Shown here one piece after another: positions 1-10,925 of a DNA stretch of 64,000 nt. Numbering within the stretch: position 1 is the first letter of the stretch; the number at the start of each line of letters is the position of its first letter. Source of the DNA: an uncultured virus (IMG/VR IMGVR_UViG_3300008266_010073). Its lineage: Duplodnaviria > Heunggongvirae > Uroviricota > Caudoviricetes. Where the stretch lies: the IMG/VR virus record IMGVR_UViG_3300008266_010073; one strand, 5' to 3'. Position numbers and translations under genes: made by a program. Below the pieces are notes generated by a model. It was given only the letters and a program-made list of their open reading frames with translations, was not told the origin of the DNA and made no database searches.

Positions 1-46
1 TATAATTAATTAGGATATATACTAGTATTTCATTATATTAATAGTA

Positions 47-991
47 ATGAAACATATTAAGTTACTTCAGTTATTAGAATCAGTACTTGGTAAAGGTAAA
101 ACTACTTCTGGAGATAACGTAGCATTTTTCTCACCATTTGTTTCACATTACAAACCTAAATTAGAAATAAACATCAATACAAATTCTCAAGGAGAAAATG
201 TATGGCATTGTTGGATTAGTGATCGTAAAGGTCGTACTATTTCTAGTTTATTTAAACAACTAAATCTTCCTAAAGAAAAGTTTGAACAACTAGGACGTAT
301 CATTGAATCAACTCGATATCGTGTTACTAAAGATGCTGATGTTAAAACAGAAACAATACAACTTCCAAAAGATTATAAACCATTATGGTTACCTAAAACT
401 ACTCCGGACTATAGAAATGCAATACATTATCTTAAAAATAGAGGAGTAACTATATTTGATATCATTAAATATAGAATTGGATATTGTGAAACCGGAGAAT
501 ATTCTGGAAAAATAATTATTCCTAGTTATGATTGTAACGGTCAATTAAATTATTTTGTAAGTAGAGCATTTTATAAATCAGATACACAAAAACATAAAAA
601 TCCAAAAATTTCAAAAGACATAATTGGTTTTGATCTTTTCGTTAATTGGTCACAGCCAATCATTCTTTGCGAAGGAGCTTTTGATGCAATTGCAATTAAA
701 CGTAATGCAATTCCTTTGTTTGGTAAAATAATTCAATCCACACTTCAGAAAAAAATTATTGAACAACGCGTACGAGACATTTATATTTGTCTAGATGCTG
801 ATGCACTTAAGAATGCCATTCAAATTGCTGAACGATTTATGGCTGAAGGTCTTAATGTATATTTTATAGAATTGCAAGATGCTGATGCATCAGAATTAGG
901 ATTTCAACAAATTAACAATATTATACAAGATACTGATGTATTAACGTTTGAACGGTTAATGCAACTCAAAATGGGAATGTTATGGATATAA
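47..991 (+). CDS. DNA primase (DnaG/TOPRIM type, T4 gp61-like)
   Basis: YLKNRG, IIIPSYD..LNYFVSR, TOPRIM CEGAFDA and LDADA motifs; N-terminal Zn-binding region degenerate (SPFVSH..HCWIS). Confidence 0.9.
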   Translation: MKHIKLLQLLESVLGKGKTTSGDNVAFFSPFVSHYKPKLEININTNSQGENVWHCWISDRKGRTISSLFKQLNLPKEKFEQLGRIIESTRYRVTKDADVKTETIQLPKDYKPLWLPKTTPDYRNAIHYLKNRGVTIFDIIKYRIGYCETGEYSGKIIIPSYDCNGQLNYFVSRAFYKSDTQKHKNPKISKDIIGFDLFVNWSQPIILCEGAFDAIAIKRNAIPLFGKIIQSTLQKKIIEQRVRDIYICLDADALKNAIQIAERFMAEGLNVYFIELQDADASELGFQQINNIIQDTDVLTFERLMQLKMGMLWI

Positions 992-3900
992 AACAACTAG
1001 ATCTAGGTTTAGATTATATAGATAAGATATTTCATATATCCGATGTACATATACGTACTTTAAAACGTCATAAAGAATATCGCGAAGTGTTTCAAAATTT
1101 ATTTGATCATATTGCATGTAACAGTACAAGATCCAGTATTGCAGTAGTTACGGGAGATATTGTTCATAGCAAACTAGATATGTCTCCGGAACTAATTGAA
1201 ATGCTTGTTGAGTTTTTTGATGGATTTATGATTCCTACCATAGTAATACTAGGAAATCATGACATGAATCTAAACAATATGCATAGAATCGATGCAATTA
1301 GTCCTATTATCAATGTTATTAAAAATCCAAACATTCATTTCATTAAAGATAACGGATTGTTTGAATGTGCTGGTATTGTATTCAATCACATGGCAGTTGA
1401 TGTTCCGCCAAGTGAATATATTAAAGCAGATCAGTTTCAAGCAGCATATAAAATAGCATTGCATCATGGAGCTGTAAATTCTGCTAAAACGGATATAGGA
1501 TATCAGATATCTAATGAACATGTTGGCGTTGATTTGTTTGAAGGACATGACATAACATTGCTAGGAGACATACACAAACCGGCACAGTTTTTAAATGATG
1601 CTGGCACAATTGCATATCCTGGTTCATTGATACAACAAAATCATGGCGAAGCATTAGACCATGGAATTTTAGTTTGGGATCTTCCATGTAGAGAGGCAAA
1701 ATTTGTAGAAATACAAAATGATTATGGTTATGTAACACTTGAAGTAGAAGGAACTACCGTTGTTAAAGCACCACATCGAATGCCAGAAAAACCTCGCGTT
1801 AGAATTAAATTTAACGGTACTTCAGCGGCTGACATGAAAAAGCTAATTGCAACGATACGTAAAAAGTATGATGTTCAGGATATTACAATTCAACGTAGTT
1901 CTGCAATGTCTGCAACTGAAACAACATCATCATTTACTATTGGTAATGTACGAGACGTTGAATATCAAAATACATTGATAACAGATTATATTGCAGTAAA
2001 TTTTCCACAAGCTACTTCGGAAGAAACAGATGCAATTCGTTATATTAATCGCACAATAAATTCAAAACTACCGGCAGTAGAATCAGTACGTCACATGACT
2101 TGGCATCCTATTCAATTTGAATTTGATAACATGTTTTCATATGGTGAAGGCAACGTGATTAATTTTGAAAATATGAAAGATGTATGCGGCCTATTTGCTG
2201 CAAATACATCAGGTAAATCTTCATTATTAGATGCAATAACATATACTATTTTTGATAAATGTAGTAAAACTGGAAAAGCTAATGAAGTTTTAAATAACAA
2301 AAAATCTACGTTTCGAGGCAAGTTTACATTTGAAATGAATGGTACAACGTATACAATTGAACGTACGGGAATCAAACAAAAAAACGGACATGTTAAAGTA
2401 TTAGTAGACTTTTATACAGACACAGAAAATTTAAATGGTGAAGAACGAAGTGATACAAATAAATCAATACGTCGTTATTTAGGTACATATGATGATTTTA
2501 TTTTAACTGCATTTTCACTTCAAGCAGATAACAATAATTTTATAGAAAAGTCTCAGAGAGAACGTAAAGATTTGCTTTCACAATTTTTAGATATTACGGT
2601 GTTTGAACAATTGTATCAACTAGCAAATGAAGAAATCAAAGAAACAGCTGGTAAACTTAAAGAATATAAGAAAACAGATTTTGCTGAAATTATTATACAA
2701 GCCGATGCCGTTATAACTAACAATCAAGACAGTATTCGAGATTTAGAAACACAGGAAGATGATTTTCAAGAACAGCGAAACGCATTACAAAATACAATTG
2801 TTTCTTTAATTGAAACAAAACTTCCAACAACATATGAAGGTCCGGATATTGCTGCGTTAGAAACACAAGAAACTGATTTAACAAAACAAATTGAAACGTT
2901 GCTATCAGATATTGATACAGCATCTGCTGGCATACAACTCATAAAAACAAATATATCACAAGCAAAACAAAACATACGAAACAATTACAATGAAACACAG
3001 TTGTTGCAACACGTAGAAACATTACAAAAACTTCAAACAGAATTTACAGAATTACGTGATGCAATTAAAACACAAACAGGATTGATTGATGCCAAAGAAG
3101 AAAAAATTAAGCATCTTGAATCACATGAATATGACCCACAATGTAAATACTGTACATCTAACGTTTTTGTACAAGATGCAATGTCGGCGCAACATACAAT
3201 TGATCAAGATAGAAAAGTATTAGAAGAATTGATGCAACGATATGAAATTAATCAAACGCAATATGCTGAATTAAAAACATATGAAACTCAATACAATGAG
3301 TTAAATCAAATAAAAACAACTATTACGGACTCATTGAATACTTTAAAAGTAAAAGAATTGCAATTAGAATTACTAGAAAGTGAATTGCAAACACGAGAAT
3401 CCGAATTAGAAACATGTTTAGAACGACAAGAATCATTTCGTTCAAATGAATCTGCAATTAAACATAACAAAACGGTTGATGCTGAAATTTTAGAATGCAA
3501 AGAAAAAATAGAATCGTGCACTACATTAATCAAAGAAATTACAGAAGCAATTCGTAAAAAACATGGGGCTATTGAAGTTGCTAAAACTAATAAATCTACT
3601 GCAATATCACAACTAGATTCATATCGAAAATTAGAAACAGAATACAAAGCATATGAATATTATTTAGAATCCGTTAAACGAGATGGCGTACCGTATGAAT
3701 TAATTTCAAAAGCTATGCCTAAAATAGAAACTGAAATCAATAACGTATTAAATCAAGTTGTTGATTTTAACATGGTTCTTCAAAGTGATGGTAAAAATAT
3801 TAACGGATATATTATATATGATGAAGATAATTTTTGGCCATTAGAATTAACAAGCGGTATGGAACGATTTATTTCATCTTTAGCAATTCGGATTGCACTT

Positions 3901-4125
3901 ATCAATGTATCAGCATTACCACGTCCAAATTTCATTGCAATTGATGAAGGATGGGGTTCATTAGATGCAGAACATATTTCTGCAGTAGTAAATCTATTTG
4001 ATTATTTTAGAACTAAATTTGATTTTTCAATTATCATATCTCACGTAGATACAATGCGTGATATGGTAGACAACTTAATTGAAGTAAACAAAATAAACGG
4101 ATTCAGCCAAATCTCCCATAACTGA
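982..4125 (+). CDS. Fused Mre11/SbcD phosphoesterase - Rad50/SbcC SMC-type ATPase (T4 gp47+gp46-like)
   Basis: N-term DVH, GDIVH, GNHD, HG, GDIH motifs; then Walker A ANTSGKSS, long coiled coil with CKYC zinc hook, signature TSGME, Walker B IAIDEGWGSLD, H-loop IISH. Confidence 0.92.
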   Translation: MDIKQLDLGLDYIDKIFHISDVHIRTLKRHKEYREVFQNLFDHIACNSTRSSIAVVTGDIVHSKLDMSPELIEMLVEFFDGFMIPTIVILGNHDMNLNNMHRIDAISPIINVIKNPNIHFIKDNGLFECAGIVFNHMAVDVPPSEYIKADQFQAAYKIALHHGAVNSAKTDIGYQISNEHVGVDLFEGHDITLLGDIHKPAQFLNDAGTIAYPGSLIQQNHGEALDHGILVWDLPCREAKFVEIQNDYGYVTLEVEGTTVVKAPHRMPEKPRVRIKFNGTSAADMKKLIATIRKKYDVQDITIQRSSAMSATETTSSFTIGNVRDVEYQNTLITDYIAVNFPQATSEETDAIRYINRTINSKLPAVESVRHMTWHPIQFEFDNMFSYGEGNVINFENMKDVCGLFAANTSGKSSLLDAITYTIFDKCSKTGKANEVLNNKKSTFRGKFTFEMNGTTYTIERTGIKQKNGHVKVLVDFYTDTENLNGEERSDTNKSIRRYLGTYDDFILTAFSLQADNNNFIEKSQRERKDLLSQFLDITVFEQLYQLANEEIKETAGKLKEYKKTDFAEIIIQADAVITNNQDSIRDLETQEDDFQEQRNALQNTIVSLIETKLPTTYEGPDIAALETQETDLTKQIETLLSDIDTASAGIQLIKTNISQAKQNIRNNYNETQLLQHVETLQKLQTEFTELRDAIKTQTGLIDAKEEKIKHLESHEYDPQCKYCTSNVFVQDAMSAQHTIDQDRKVLEELMQRYEINQTQYAELKTYETQYNELNQIKTTITDSLNTLKVKELQLELLESELQTRESELETCLERQESFRSNESAIKHNKTVDAEILECKEKIESCTTLIKEITEAIRKKHGAIEVAKTNKSTAISQLDSYRKLETEYKAYEYYLESVKRDGVPYELISKAMPKIETEINNVLNQVVDFNMVLQSDGKNINGYIIYDEDNFWPLELTSGMERFISSLAIRIALINVSALPRPNFIAIDEGWGSLDAEHISAVVNLFDYFRTKFDFSIIISHVDTMRDMVDNLIEVNKINGFSQISHN

Positions 4126-4133
4126 TATTTATA
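4124..4133 (+). promoter_or_regulatory. Putative late promoter box (G/C/T/A)ATATTTAT(A), representative copy
   Basis: Copies at 4124, 6848, 9364, 13235, 15098, 21507, 22490, 28701, 33117, 33852, 37724, 40280, 40890, 41892, 49955, 51638, 57025, 61555, nearly all just 5' of a start codon. Confidence 0.8.
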
Positions 4134-4152
4134 TTTAAAAGAATATCAGTGA

Positions 4153-6849
4153 ATGAAACGTAAAGAAGCGGTATACAAAGGTTTACAATTTATTCCAGTT
4201 TGGTTTGAAGATACATCGTTAACATCCCCCGAATACTTTCAAATAACTGAGTTTCCAACACGTCTAACTGCTGGAAAAAATCTTTTTAAATTGCGAGGTC
4301 ATCCTACCAATTTAAGACCCGGCGGATATTTAAATATTGAAGTTTTAGATTATAATGGTGATCCAATCTATCATGAAATAGTAGATTTTATTGATGATGA
4401 CAAGTCTCGCGTTGTTGCAATATACATTTATGAAGAAACATCTCCTGGAGATTGCACGATAACATTAACTGCAGAAGCGCTTAATGTACCTGCAGAATGG
4501 CAAGGAAAATCTAATGTAAAATGGACGAGATCTGTACCAGTTAATCCGAATGTATCAAACATATCCGAAATAATTTTTGAGACAGAACCTGAACTAGTAA
4601 TTTCAGAAGTAGTTGGAGTACAATTAAATCGTACATACTCTGGCTCACAACAGTTTCCAACTTTTACAACGGGAACAGTACGATATTTTTCATATAACAA
4701 TCAGCCAGCTGTTGAATTAATAGGTGCAAAATTTACAAGTGATATGAAAACGGGTACGTTGACTGTCGCAGCACCAAATAATCCTACGCCTACGCCTAAT
4801 TTTACTATCTCTACAACTAGTTATGTGTCTACGATAAAAAAGATATTAACAGATACAATCGCATTGTTAGATACAGAGTATACGGCGTATAGTAACCAAA
4901 GCATCTCACAACATACATATACTAATTTTGATGCATCTGCATTTAGTTTAACATATGAAGCAACACCGACGTATACAGCTACACAAAATTCCGAATCATT
5001 TGCTCTCATACAAATAAAAGGATTAGAACCTGCTACTGGTGATGTATCTCGTGTTAAAGTTTTTATGAATAACAACGGTACCGTTGGAACATGGGAACTT
5101 CTAAATGATGTAGAATTAGAAGAAACAGAAATATTTATTCCTAGCACAGCATCACTATTTCCAGATGTAAGCATAGGAACTTTTGTAACTCAAAGTACTA
5201 TTGATACATATTGGCAAGGAGTTTCATATCTCAACGGTGCAACTACAACAGCACCAACATTAACATGGACAACTCAATCTCTTAACAATTCCATGTTGAT
5301 ACAAAATGCAGTAGATATAACCGCAAAAAACTCAGCAACAGTAGTTCGCGTTAATTCTTCATATAAAGGCATATTTATTGCCGATTCACAATACAAAGTT
5401 ACGTTAGATGCAATTGGATCTGTTTCTGGGTCTAGCACGGCAAAACTTTCATTGTACATGTCCGGAAGTGCATTTGATTTTGATGCAACAGATTATTTCA
5501 ATCAACAGTTTCCGGTAAAATTTGGAAAAAGAATTGGCGAATTAAACATATCACAAACATCGCAACGATATGATGATGAAGTATTTAATTTTAGTACGGA
5601 TCGTGAAGGTGATGGTGTTTTATTGCTTGTTGTAGAAGAAGGTGCTTGGCAAGTTTCTGATGTTAGAACTACAACAGATAATGATCCTGGATATTCTCCA
5701 AATTATACTAGATTAAGAACTTTAGTACCAACTGCACATAAATCTAACAATCAATTAACATTTAAAGCAGAATATTACAACGTTAACGGAGAAAAGAGCC
5801 GGCAGATAAGTTACGTATATAATAAAAATTGGGAAGGTGGTAATCGATATATTGATGGCGATTATTCTATGCTTACCGGTTCTTTGTATGTAGCAGATTC
5901 ATTAGAATCGGGAGTAGCAATATCTGGATATAAAAATACAGGATTTGTTAGATCATTAGGATATGAAGGATTTACTGCAGCATTTCCTGGATTTTTATTG
6001 TGGAGTGGATCTGCATTAAGTGGATCATTAGGAACTAAAGGAGGAGTGCCGTATAGTGGCGTTGGATTAGAATTATATGGAGATGCAAATAACTATTTTA
6101 GGTATTCAACTAATCCATCCGAATTAGATGTACACACAGAAACATTCTTTTTAGGAGATCCAAATTCTCAATATATATCTGGTAGTAATGGTAATTTAGA
6201 AATATCATCAAGTGGTTTTTATTTAACTGCAAATGGTGACGTTACTGCATCATCATTTATTGCAGTTAATGGAAGCGATGTATTATTTGATTCAAATAGC
6301 GAATTTGTTGATGGGTTGAATGTAGGTCGAGTTTTATATTTTGATCAACTTGAATATACATATGACATGGCAACATTGCCAACAACGGCATCTGGTGTTA
6401 CTGGATCTATATTTGCTGGTCCAGCTTTTCATGCATTTATATTACCAGGAGAAACAAGAATTCAGACATCATTTACATATCAAGCAGATAGACTTGATTC
6501 TTCCGGCGGAAATAAAACATTTAATTTAACTACATTTTTAATGAATGCCGTTACTGGCTCTAATGTAGGTTTAAATTCATATGGAATTTTTACTAATTCA
6601 GGGTCAATTGGGACGCAAAATATTGTTACGGTTCCAATAACGGGTGAACGTTCTGGTGCTGTAAACTTAGGATATGTAGATTTAAATAACAATATTTCAA
6701 ACCGACAAGGAATGTATGTATTAATTCATACCATGATTTCTGTAAGTAGTACCGGAGCATCTGGTTTATTAAAATTAAAAAACTTCGTATTTAGATCTAG
6801 TAGATCTGTAGGAGCTGTTATTTCCGTTCCTGCGAATCCAATAATATGA
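4153..6849 (+). CDS. Large beta-rich putative virion structural protein
   Basis: 898 aa, S/T/G-rich with many SGS/TGS motifs, preceded by the late-type motif GATATTTATA (4124-4133). Confidence 0.55.
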   Translation: MKRKEAVYKGLQFIPVWFEDTSLTSPEYFQITEFPTRLTAGKNLFKLRGHPTNLRPGGYLNIEVLDYNGDPIYHEIVDFIDDDKSRVVAIYIYEETSPGDCTITLTAEALNVPAEWQGKSNVKWTRSVPVNPNVSNISEIIFETEPELVISEVVGVQLNRTYSGSQQFPTFTTGTVRYFSYNNQPAVELIGAKFTSDMKTGTLTVAAPNNPTPTPNFTISTTSYVSTIKKILTDTIALLDTEYTAYSNQSISQHTYTNFDASAFSLTYEATPTYTATQNSESFALIQIKGLEPATGDVSRVKVFMNNNGTVGTWELLNDVELEETEIFIPSTASLFPDVSIGTFVTQSTIDTYWQGVSYLNGATTTAPTLTWTTQSLNNSMLIQNAVDITAKNSATVVRVNSSYKGIFIADSQYKVTLDAIGSVSGSSTAKLSLYMSGSAFDFDATDYFNQQFPVKFGKRIGELNISQTSQRYDDEVFNFSTDREGDGVLLLVVEEGAWQVSDVRTTTDNDPGYSPNYTRLRTLVPTAHKSNNQLTFKAEYYNVNGEKSRQISYVYNKNWEGGNRYIDGDYSMLTGSLYVADSLESGVAISGYKNTGFVRSLGYEGFTAAFPGFLLWSGSALSGSLGTKGGVPYSGVGLELYGDANNYFRYSTNPSELDVHTETFFLGDPNSQYISGSNGNLEISSSGFYLTANGDVTASSFIAVNGSDVLFDSNSEFVDGLNVGRVLYFDQLEYTYDMATLPTTASGVTGSIFAGPAFHAFILPGETRIQTSFTYQADRLDSSGGNKTFNLTTFLMNAVTGSNVGLNSYGIFTNSGSIGTQNIVTVPITGERSGAVNLGYVDLNNNISNRQGMYVLIHTMISVSSTGASGLLKLKNFVFRSSRSVGAVISVPANPII

Positions 6850-6872
6850 TATTTATATAAAAGAAACACGTA

Positions 6873-9365
6873 ATGAACGAAACAACAGTACTTTTTCCAG
6901 GAGGATTTAAACCTATAACAGGGGCACATTTAGATTTAGCAAATCGATATGCACAGCATCCAGATGTTAATCGAGTTATATTACTAATTGGTCCTAAAGA
7001 ACGTGATGGAATTACGCGTGAAAAAACTATGGAAATGTTTGATTTATTAAATGACAATCCACAAATTGAAATACAACCAACCGAATTTAATTCTCCTATC
7101 ATGGCTGCGTATGAATATTTATTTGCATTGCCGGAAGATGCTACCGGTCGTTATGCAATGGCTGCATCTGCAAAAGGGGATGATTATGTTCGAGCAAAAG
7201 ATTTTATTCCAAATGTAGATAAATATGCTACTATAGGAGATAAAAAAGGTCGAACTATACCGCGCGGTGTTGATGCTGTAGAATTAAACATCAATGTAGA
7301 TCCATTAACAAGTAATGATGAACCTATATCAGCTACTAATGTTCGTAATGCTATTGCTACCGGAGATTATGCTGCGTTTAGGACTGCGTATCCACAATAC
7401 GATGATGCTAAAGTTAAAAATGCATGGCAAATATTAACAGGTGTACAGGAAGCTGTATTTACTAAAAATTGGTGGACAAAACAACTGCAGGAAGATGTAG
7501 AAGAAGTTGCAGAATCAATGATGTTTCCGCGTGAAAAGAAACGTCATGCAGATAAAATTAAAAAATTACGTGCATTCTTAGATAACCATCGAGGTGAGGA
7601 TTTTGTATATGATTTTGATACATTTAACAAAACTGTATATGGTGCAAAACTAGTAGAAAGTATCATAACAGAAAACTACATTACACGTCAAGAATTATCA
7701 GCTATTGAATCTGCAGTTGATGGATTTTTTAAAGAATATGGAATCGATGTAGATTTTCAAGGCAAGTTTACACATTTCATTGATAGATTGAATGATCCCA
7801 GAAACGAAGCTCCGATCTATACGGATGAGTTACGAGACTTTTTTGAAGACTTAGCTAATGAATATGGCGATAAAATTGCAAGACAATTGAATTTAGAACG
7901 ACCTACCGGTGTTGGATCTGATTATCAATTTGATATTCCAATTCATATGCCGTTCATGTTACAATGGAATCCTCGCAAAAAAATGATTGAATTGATTCCT
8001 AGAACAATTAAAAAGCAACGCAAACGTTGGCAATCAAATAATCCAGAAGATATTATTTATACCATCGAATCTCGTTTAAAAACGGGAGGCGTATTAACAG
8101 AAGGAGGTGCTGCAGGTCATATGGCACATCCATGGGATGATCACGGATTAACATTTAATGATGTACGTGAAATTGTATCTAGAGCATTATCTGGACGTTT
8201 AGATATAGAACAAGCTGTAACTGAGAAAACAGATGGACAAAACATACAAGTTACTTGGAAAGATGGTCAGCCCGGATTTGCTCGTAATAAAGGTACTATC
8301 ATTAATCCAATGACCCCGGATCAATTAATTGCAGATTTTGAAAGAAAGTATCAAGAATCTGTCGATAAAAATGGTATAGAAGCTGCTGAAGGATATAAAT
8401 TAATAGTAGATGCATATCGTGCATGTGCTGAAGACTTAACCGAAGCTTTAAATAAAATACCTGCAGATAAATTGCAACAAATATTTAAAAATGGTCGAGT
8501 ATTTGCTAACATGGAAATAATTTATCCAGCAACTAAAAATGTTATTGCATATGATAAAGCACATTTGCAATTTCATAATCTTGTAGAATATGATGAACGA
8601 GGAAATACTGTTGAAACGGATTTAACAGGTGGTGCATTAATGCAAAACATTATACAAGATGCTAATGCACATATGCAAAAAACGTTTTCATTTATTCCTC
8701 CACAGCAAATTAAATTAGGTCAGGTTTATGATTTTGAAGATCAACAAGCTGCATTTTATAATGAAATTGATCAGTTACGAGATAAATTTAGTTTAAAAGA
8801 TACAGATTTATTAAGTGATTACCATAAAGCGTGGTGGCGTGATGTAATACAAACAAAAGCTACAGAATTAGGATATGATATACCAGATTCAGTATTAACT
8901 ACATTGATATATCGTTGGGCATTTGAAGATAAATCCGTAAACATTGCAATGCTTAAAAAACAAATTGATAATGATGCATTCCAAGCTTGGGTAACTGAAT
9001 TTGATAAATCAGATTTTAAAAAATATCGCAAACAAAATTTAGAACCATTTGAATCTATATTTTTACGATTAGGTGTTTTAGTATTACAAAATGCTACAAA
9101 CTTTTTAGCAGCAAATCCATCAAAAACAGTGCAAGATATTAAAACAGATTTAGCACAACTTATTAAAGAATTGCAAATATCGCCAAATCCAGCAACACTT
9201 GCAAAATTGGAATTAGAACTTAAAAGAATTCAAAAATTAGGAGGATTTGATGCAATTGTACCAACAGAAGGCATAGTATTTACATATCGAGGTAATACAT
9301 ATAAGATGACAGGCGCATTCGCACCGGTAAATCAGATTTTAGGAGTATTAAAGTACGCTCGATGA
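6873..9365 (+). CDS. Multidomain protein: HIGH-superfamily nucleotidyltransferase-like + middle domain + ATP-dependent ligase-like (KxDG) domain
   Basis: PGGFKPITGAH and ISATNVR in N-term domain; GGAAGHMAHPWD, EKTDGQN, EIIY, EGIVF, YKMTG in C-term domain; late motif at 6848-6857. Confidence 0.6.
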   Translation: MNETTVLFPGGFKPITGAHLDLANRYAQHPDVNRVILLIGPKERDGITREKTMEMFDLLNDNPQIEIQPTEFNSPIMAAYEYLFALPEDATGRYAMAASAKGDDYVRAKDFIPNVDKYATIGDKKGRTIPRGVDAVELNINVDPLTSNDEPISATNVRNAIATGDYAAFRTAYPQYDDAKVKNAWQILTGVQEAVFTKNWWTKQLQEDVEEVAESMMFPREKKRHADKIKKLRAFLDNHRGEDFVYDFDTFNKTVYGAKLVESIITENYITRQELSAIESAVDGFFKEYGIDVDFQGKFTHFIDRLNDPRNEAPIYTDELRDFFEDLANEYGDKIARQLNLERPTGVGSDYQFDIPIHMPFMLQWNPRKKMIELIPRTIKKQRKRWQSNNPEDIIYTIESRLKTGGVLTEGGAAGHMAHPWDDHGLTFNDVREIVSRALSGRLDIEQAVTEKTDGQNIQVTWKDGQPGFARNKGTIINPMTPDQLIADFERKYQESVDKNGIEAAEGYKLIVDAYRACAEDLTEALNKIPADKLQQIFKNGRVFANMEIIYPATKNVIAYDKAHLQFHNLVEYDERGNTVETDLTGGALMQNIIQDANAHMQKTFSFIPPQQIKLGQVYDFEDQQAAFYNEIDQLRDKFSLKDTDLLSDYHKAWWRDVIQTKATELGYDIPDSVLTTLIYRWAFEDKSVNIAMLKKQIDNDAFQAWVTEFDKSDFKKYRKQNLEPFESIFLRLGVLVLQNATNFLAANPSKTVQDIKTDLAQLIKELQISPNPATLAKLELELKRIQKLGGFDAIVPTEGIVFTYRGNTYKMTGAFAPVNQILGVLKYAR

Positions 9366-9393
9366 TATTTATTATAAAAATAGGAAAATTGTA

Positions 9394-10251
9394 ATGGCTG
9401 AAAAACATAAAAGCAAGTATAAGGCACCAAAAGATTTTGAAAAATCTCAAAAACCAAAACCACGTAAAGATATCAAAGATTATACAGAAGATGATAAAAA
9501 AGGAGGTCAAAATCCTCGTTCTACTGGAGATGCACAACTCAATGTTTTGAGAAAACGTGATAAAGAAATGGTTGATACTGGCGATATGTATGTTAAATAC
9601 AATGATGATGATCGTCTATATAAAGACATAGAGACTGGTGATTATGATCCTAAAACCGCAGCAAAACGTCTTAAGAAGCGTCAAGATACAGAAGAAAAAG
9701 AAACAAAGGACGTAATAAAAGATAAAATTGAAAATTTAACTCGCGAACAAAAAGAACGTTTAGTTAGAGAATATGTTCGTAGAAAAATAGTTAAAGTTTT
9801 ATTAGAACAACCAACACCTGAAACTACACCAACAGAAGAACCAGAAGCTCCAGAAACAGAAACTCCTGCAGCTGATGCAACTGCAACTCCACCAACTGAT
9901 GCAACAGCTACACCACCAGCTGATATTACAGCAACTCCAGATGCATCTGCAACACCACCGGTTGATGCTGCAGCAACACCTCCAACTGATACAACTACGC
10001 CTACAACTCCAACTGCAGCTGCAACTCCAACTGCAGATATAGAACAACCAGAAGTATTAAAATCAGATGAATTTGGTTCCTCGGAATTAGGAAATATTAA
10101 AAGATTATCTAAACTTAGTAAATTTTTAAAAGTATTAAGTAATCCAGATGATCCTAGTGAAGAACGAGATTTTTATCGTTTATTAAGAAAATTTTCTAAT
10201 AAAAAAATATCTTTATTAACACCTAAACGACAATCTAATAACAACGATTAA
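9394..10251 (+). CDS. Hypothetical late protein with basic N-terminus and Pro/Thr/Ala-rich repeat linker
   Basis: ORF track; late motif at 9364-9373; DATATPP-type repeats. Confidence 0.7.
   Translation: MAEKHKSKYKAPKDFEKSQKPKPRKDIKDYTEDDKKGGQNPRSTGDAQLNVLRKRDKEMVDTGDMYVKYNDDDRLYKDIETGDYDPKTAAKRLKKRQDTEEKETKDVIKDKIENLTREQKERLVREYVRRKIVKVLLEQPTPETTPTEEPEAPETETPAADATATPPTDATATPPADITATPDASATPPVDAAATPPTDTTTPTTPTAAATPTADIEQPEVLKSDEFGSSELGNIKRLSKLSKFLKVLSNPDDPSEERDFYRLLRKFSNKKISLLTPKRQSNNND
9811..10040 (+). repeat. Degenerate in-frame 21-24 nt repeats encoding (A/T)DATATPP units
   Basis: gctgatgcaactgcaactccacca / actgatgcaacagctacaccacca / gctgatattacagcaactcca / gttgatgctgcagcaacacctcca. Confidence 0.8.
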
Positions 10252-10262
10252 ATTAAAATCAT

Positions 10263-10925
10263 ATGTCTAAAAAGTTACAAAATGTCAAAGCCATTCAACA
10301 GATGTTGGAAGGTAATCACAAGTTTCAAACTAAAAAAACGGTAGGATTCTCTGATGCATCAGATGTTGCTAAGAAAAATACTAAACATGATGTTGGAGAC
10401 GTCTGGGAAGAAACAGATCCAATTACTGGATTAACGTATGTTATTGAACAACGCGATGGTTATAGAATTAGAAAAACAAAAGCTTCAAATGTATTGCAAT
10501 CAGTTCGAGAAGAATTAAGATCATATCCAAACTGTCGCAAAGAAACATGTACATGTATAACAAAACATCCATTAAATGAAAAAATGCGTAAACTACACGG
10601 AATGTGTTTTGACTGCGTAATCGAAATGGAGCATGAACTTAAAAAAGCTGGTAAATTTGAAGAATATGAACGAGAAAAAATTCGACAAAATAAACTTGCT
10701 TGGTTAGCAGAAGCAGAACGTGATGTTGCATTATTGAAAGAAACATATACACAAGCTTCTAAATTTGTAACTAATTCTGATGGAGAACAAGAACATTGGA
10801 CAGCAAGAATGACACCAGAAGAATTTGATGCTACAATTCAAAAACAATTTGATATATTCAAAGAAAAATTTTTAAATAATTTAGAAAATAATTTAGATAA
10901 GGAGATGAATAATGAAATTTATTAA
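10263..10925 (+). CDS. Hypothetical protein with Cys cluster (possible Zn-binding)
   Basis: CRKETCTC ... CFDC; normal codon use, operon position. Confidence 0.65.
   Translation: MSKKLQNVKAIQQMLEGNHKFQTKKTVGFSDASDVAKKNTKHDVGDVWEETDPITGLTYVIEQRDGYRIRKTKASNVLQSVREELRSYPNCRKETCTCITKHPLNEKMRKLHGMCFDCVIEMEHELKKAGKFEEYEREKIRQNKLAWLAEAERDVALLKETYTQASKFVTNSDGEQEHWTARMTPEEFDATIQKQFDIFKEKFLNNLENNLDKEMNNEIY

Noticed and set aside
10263..10925. Small terminase assignment
   Set aside because: Position is suggestive but no recognisable motif
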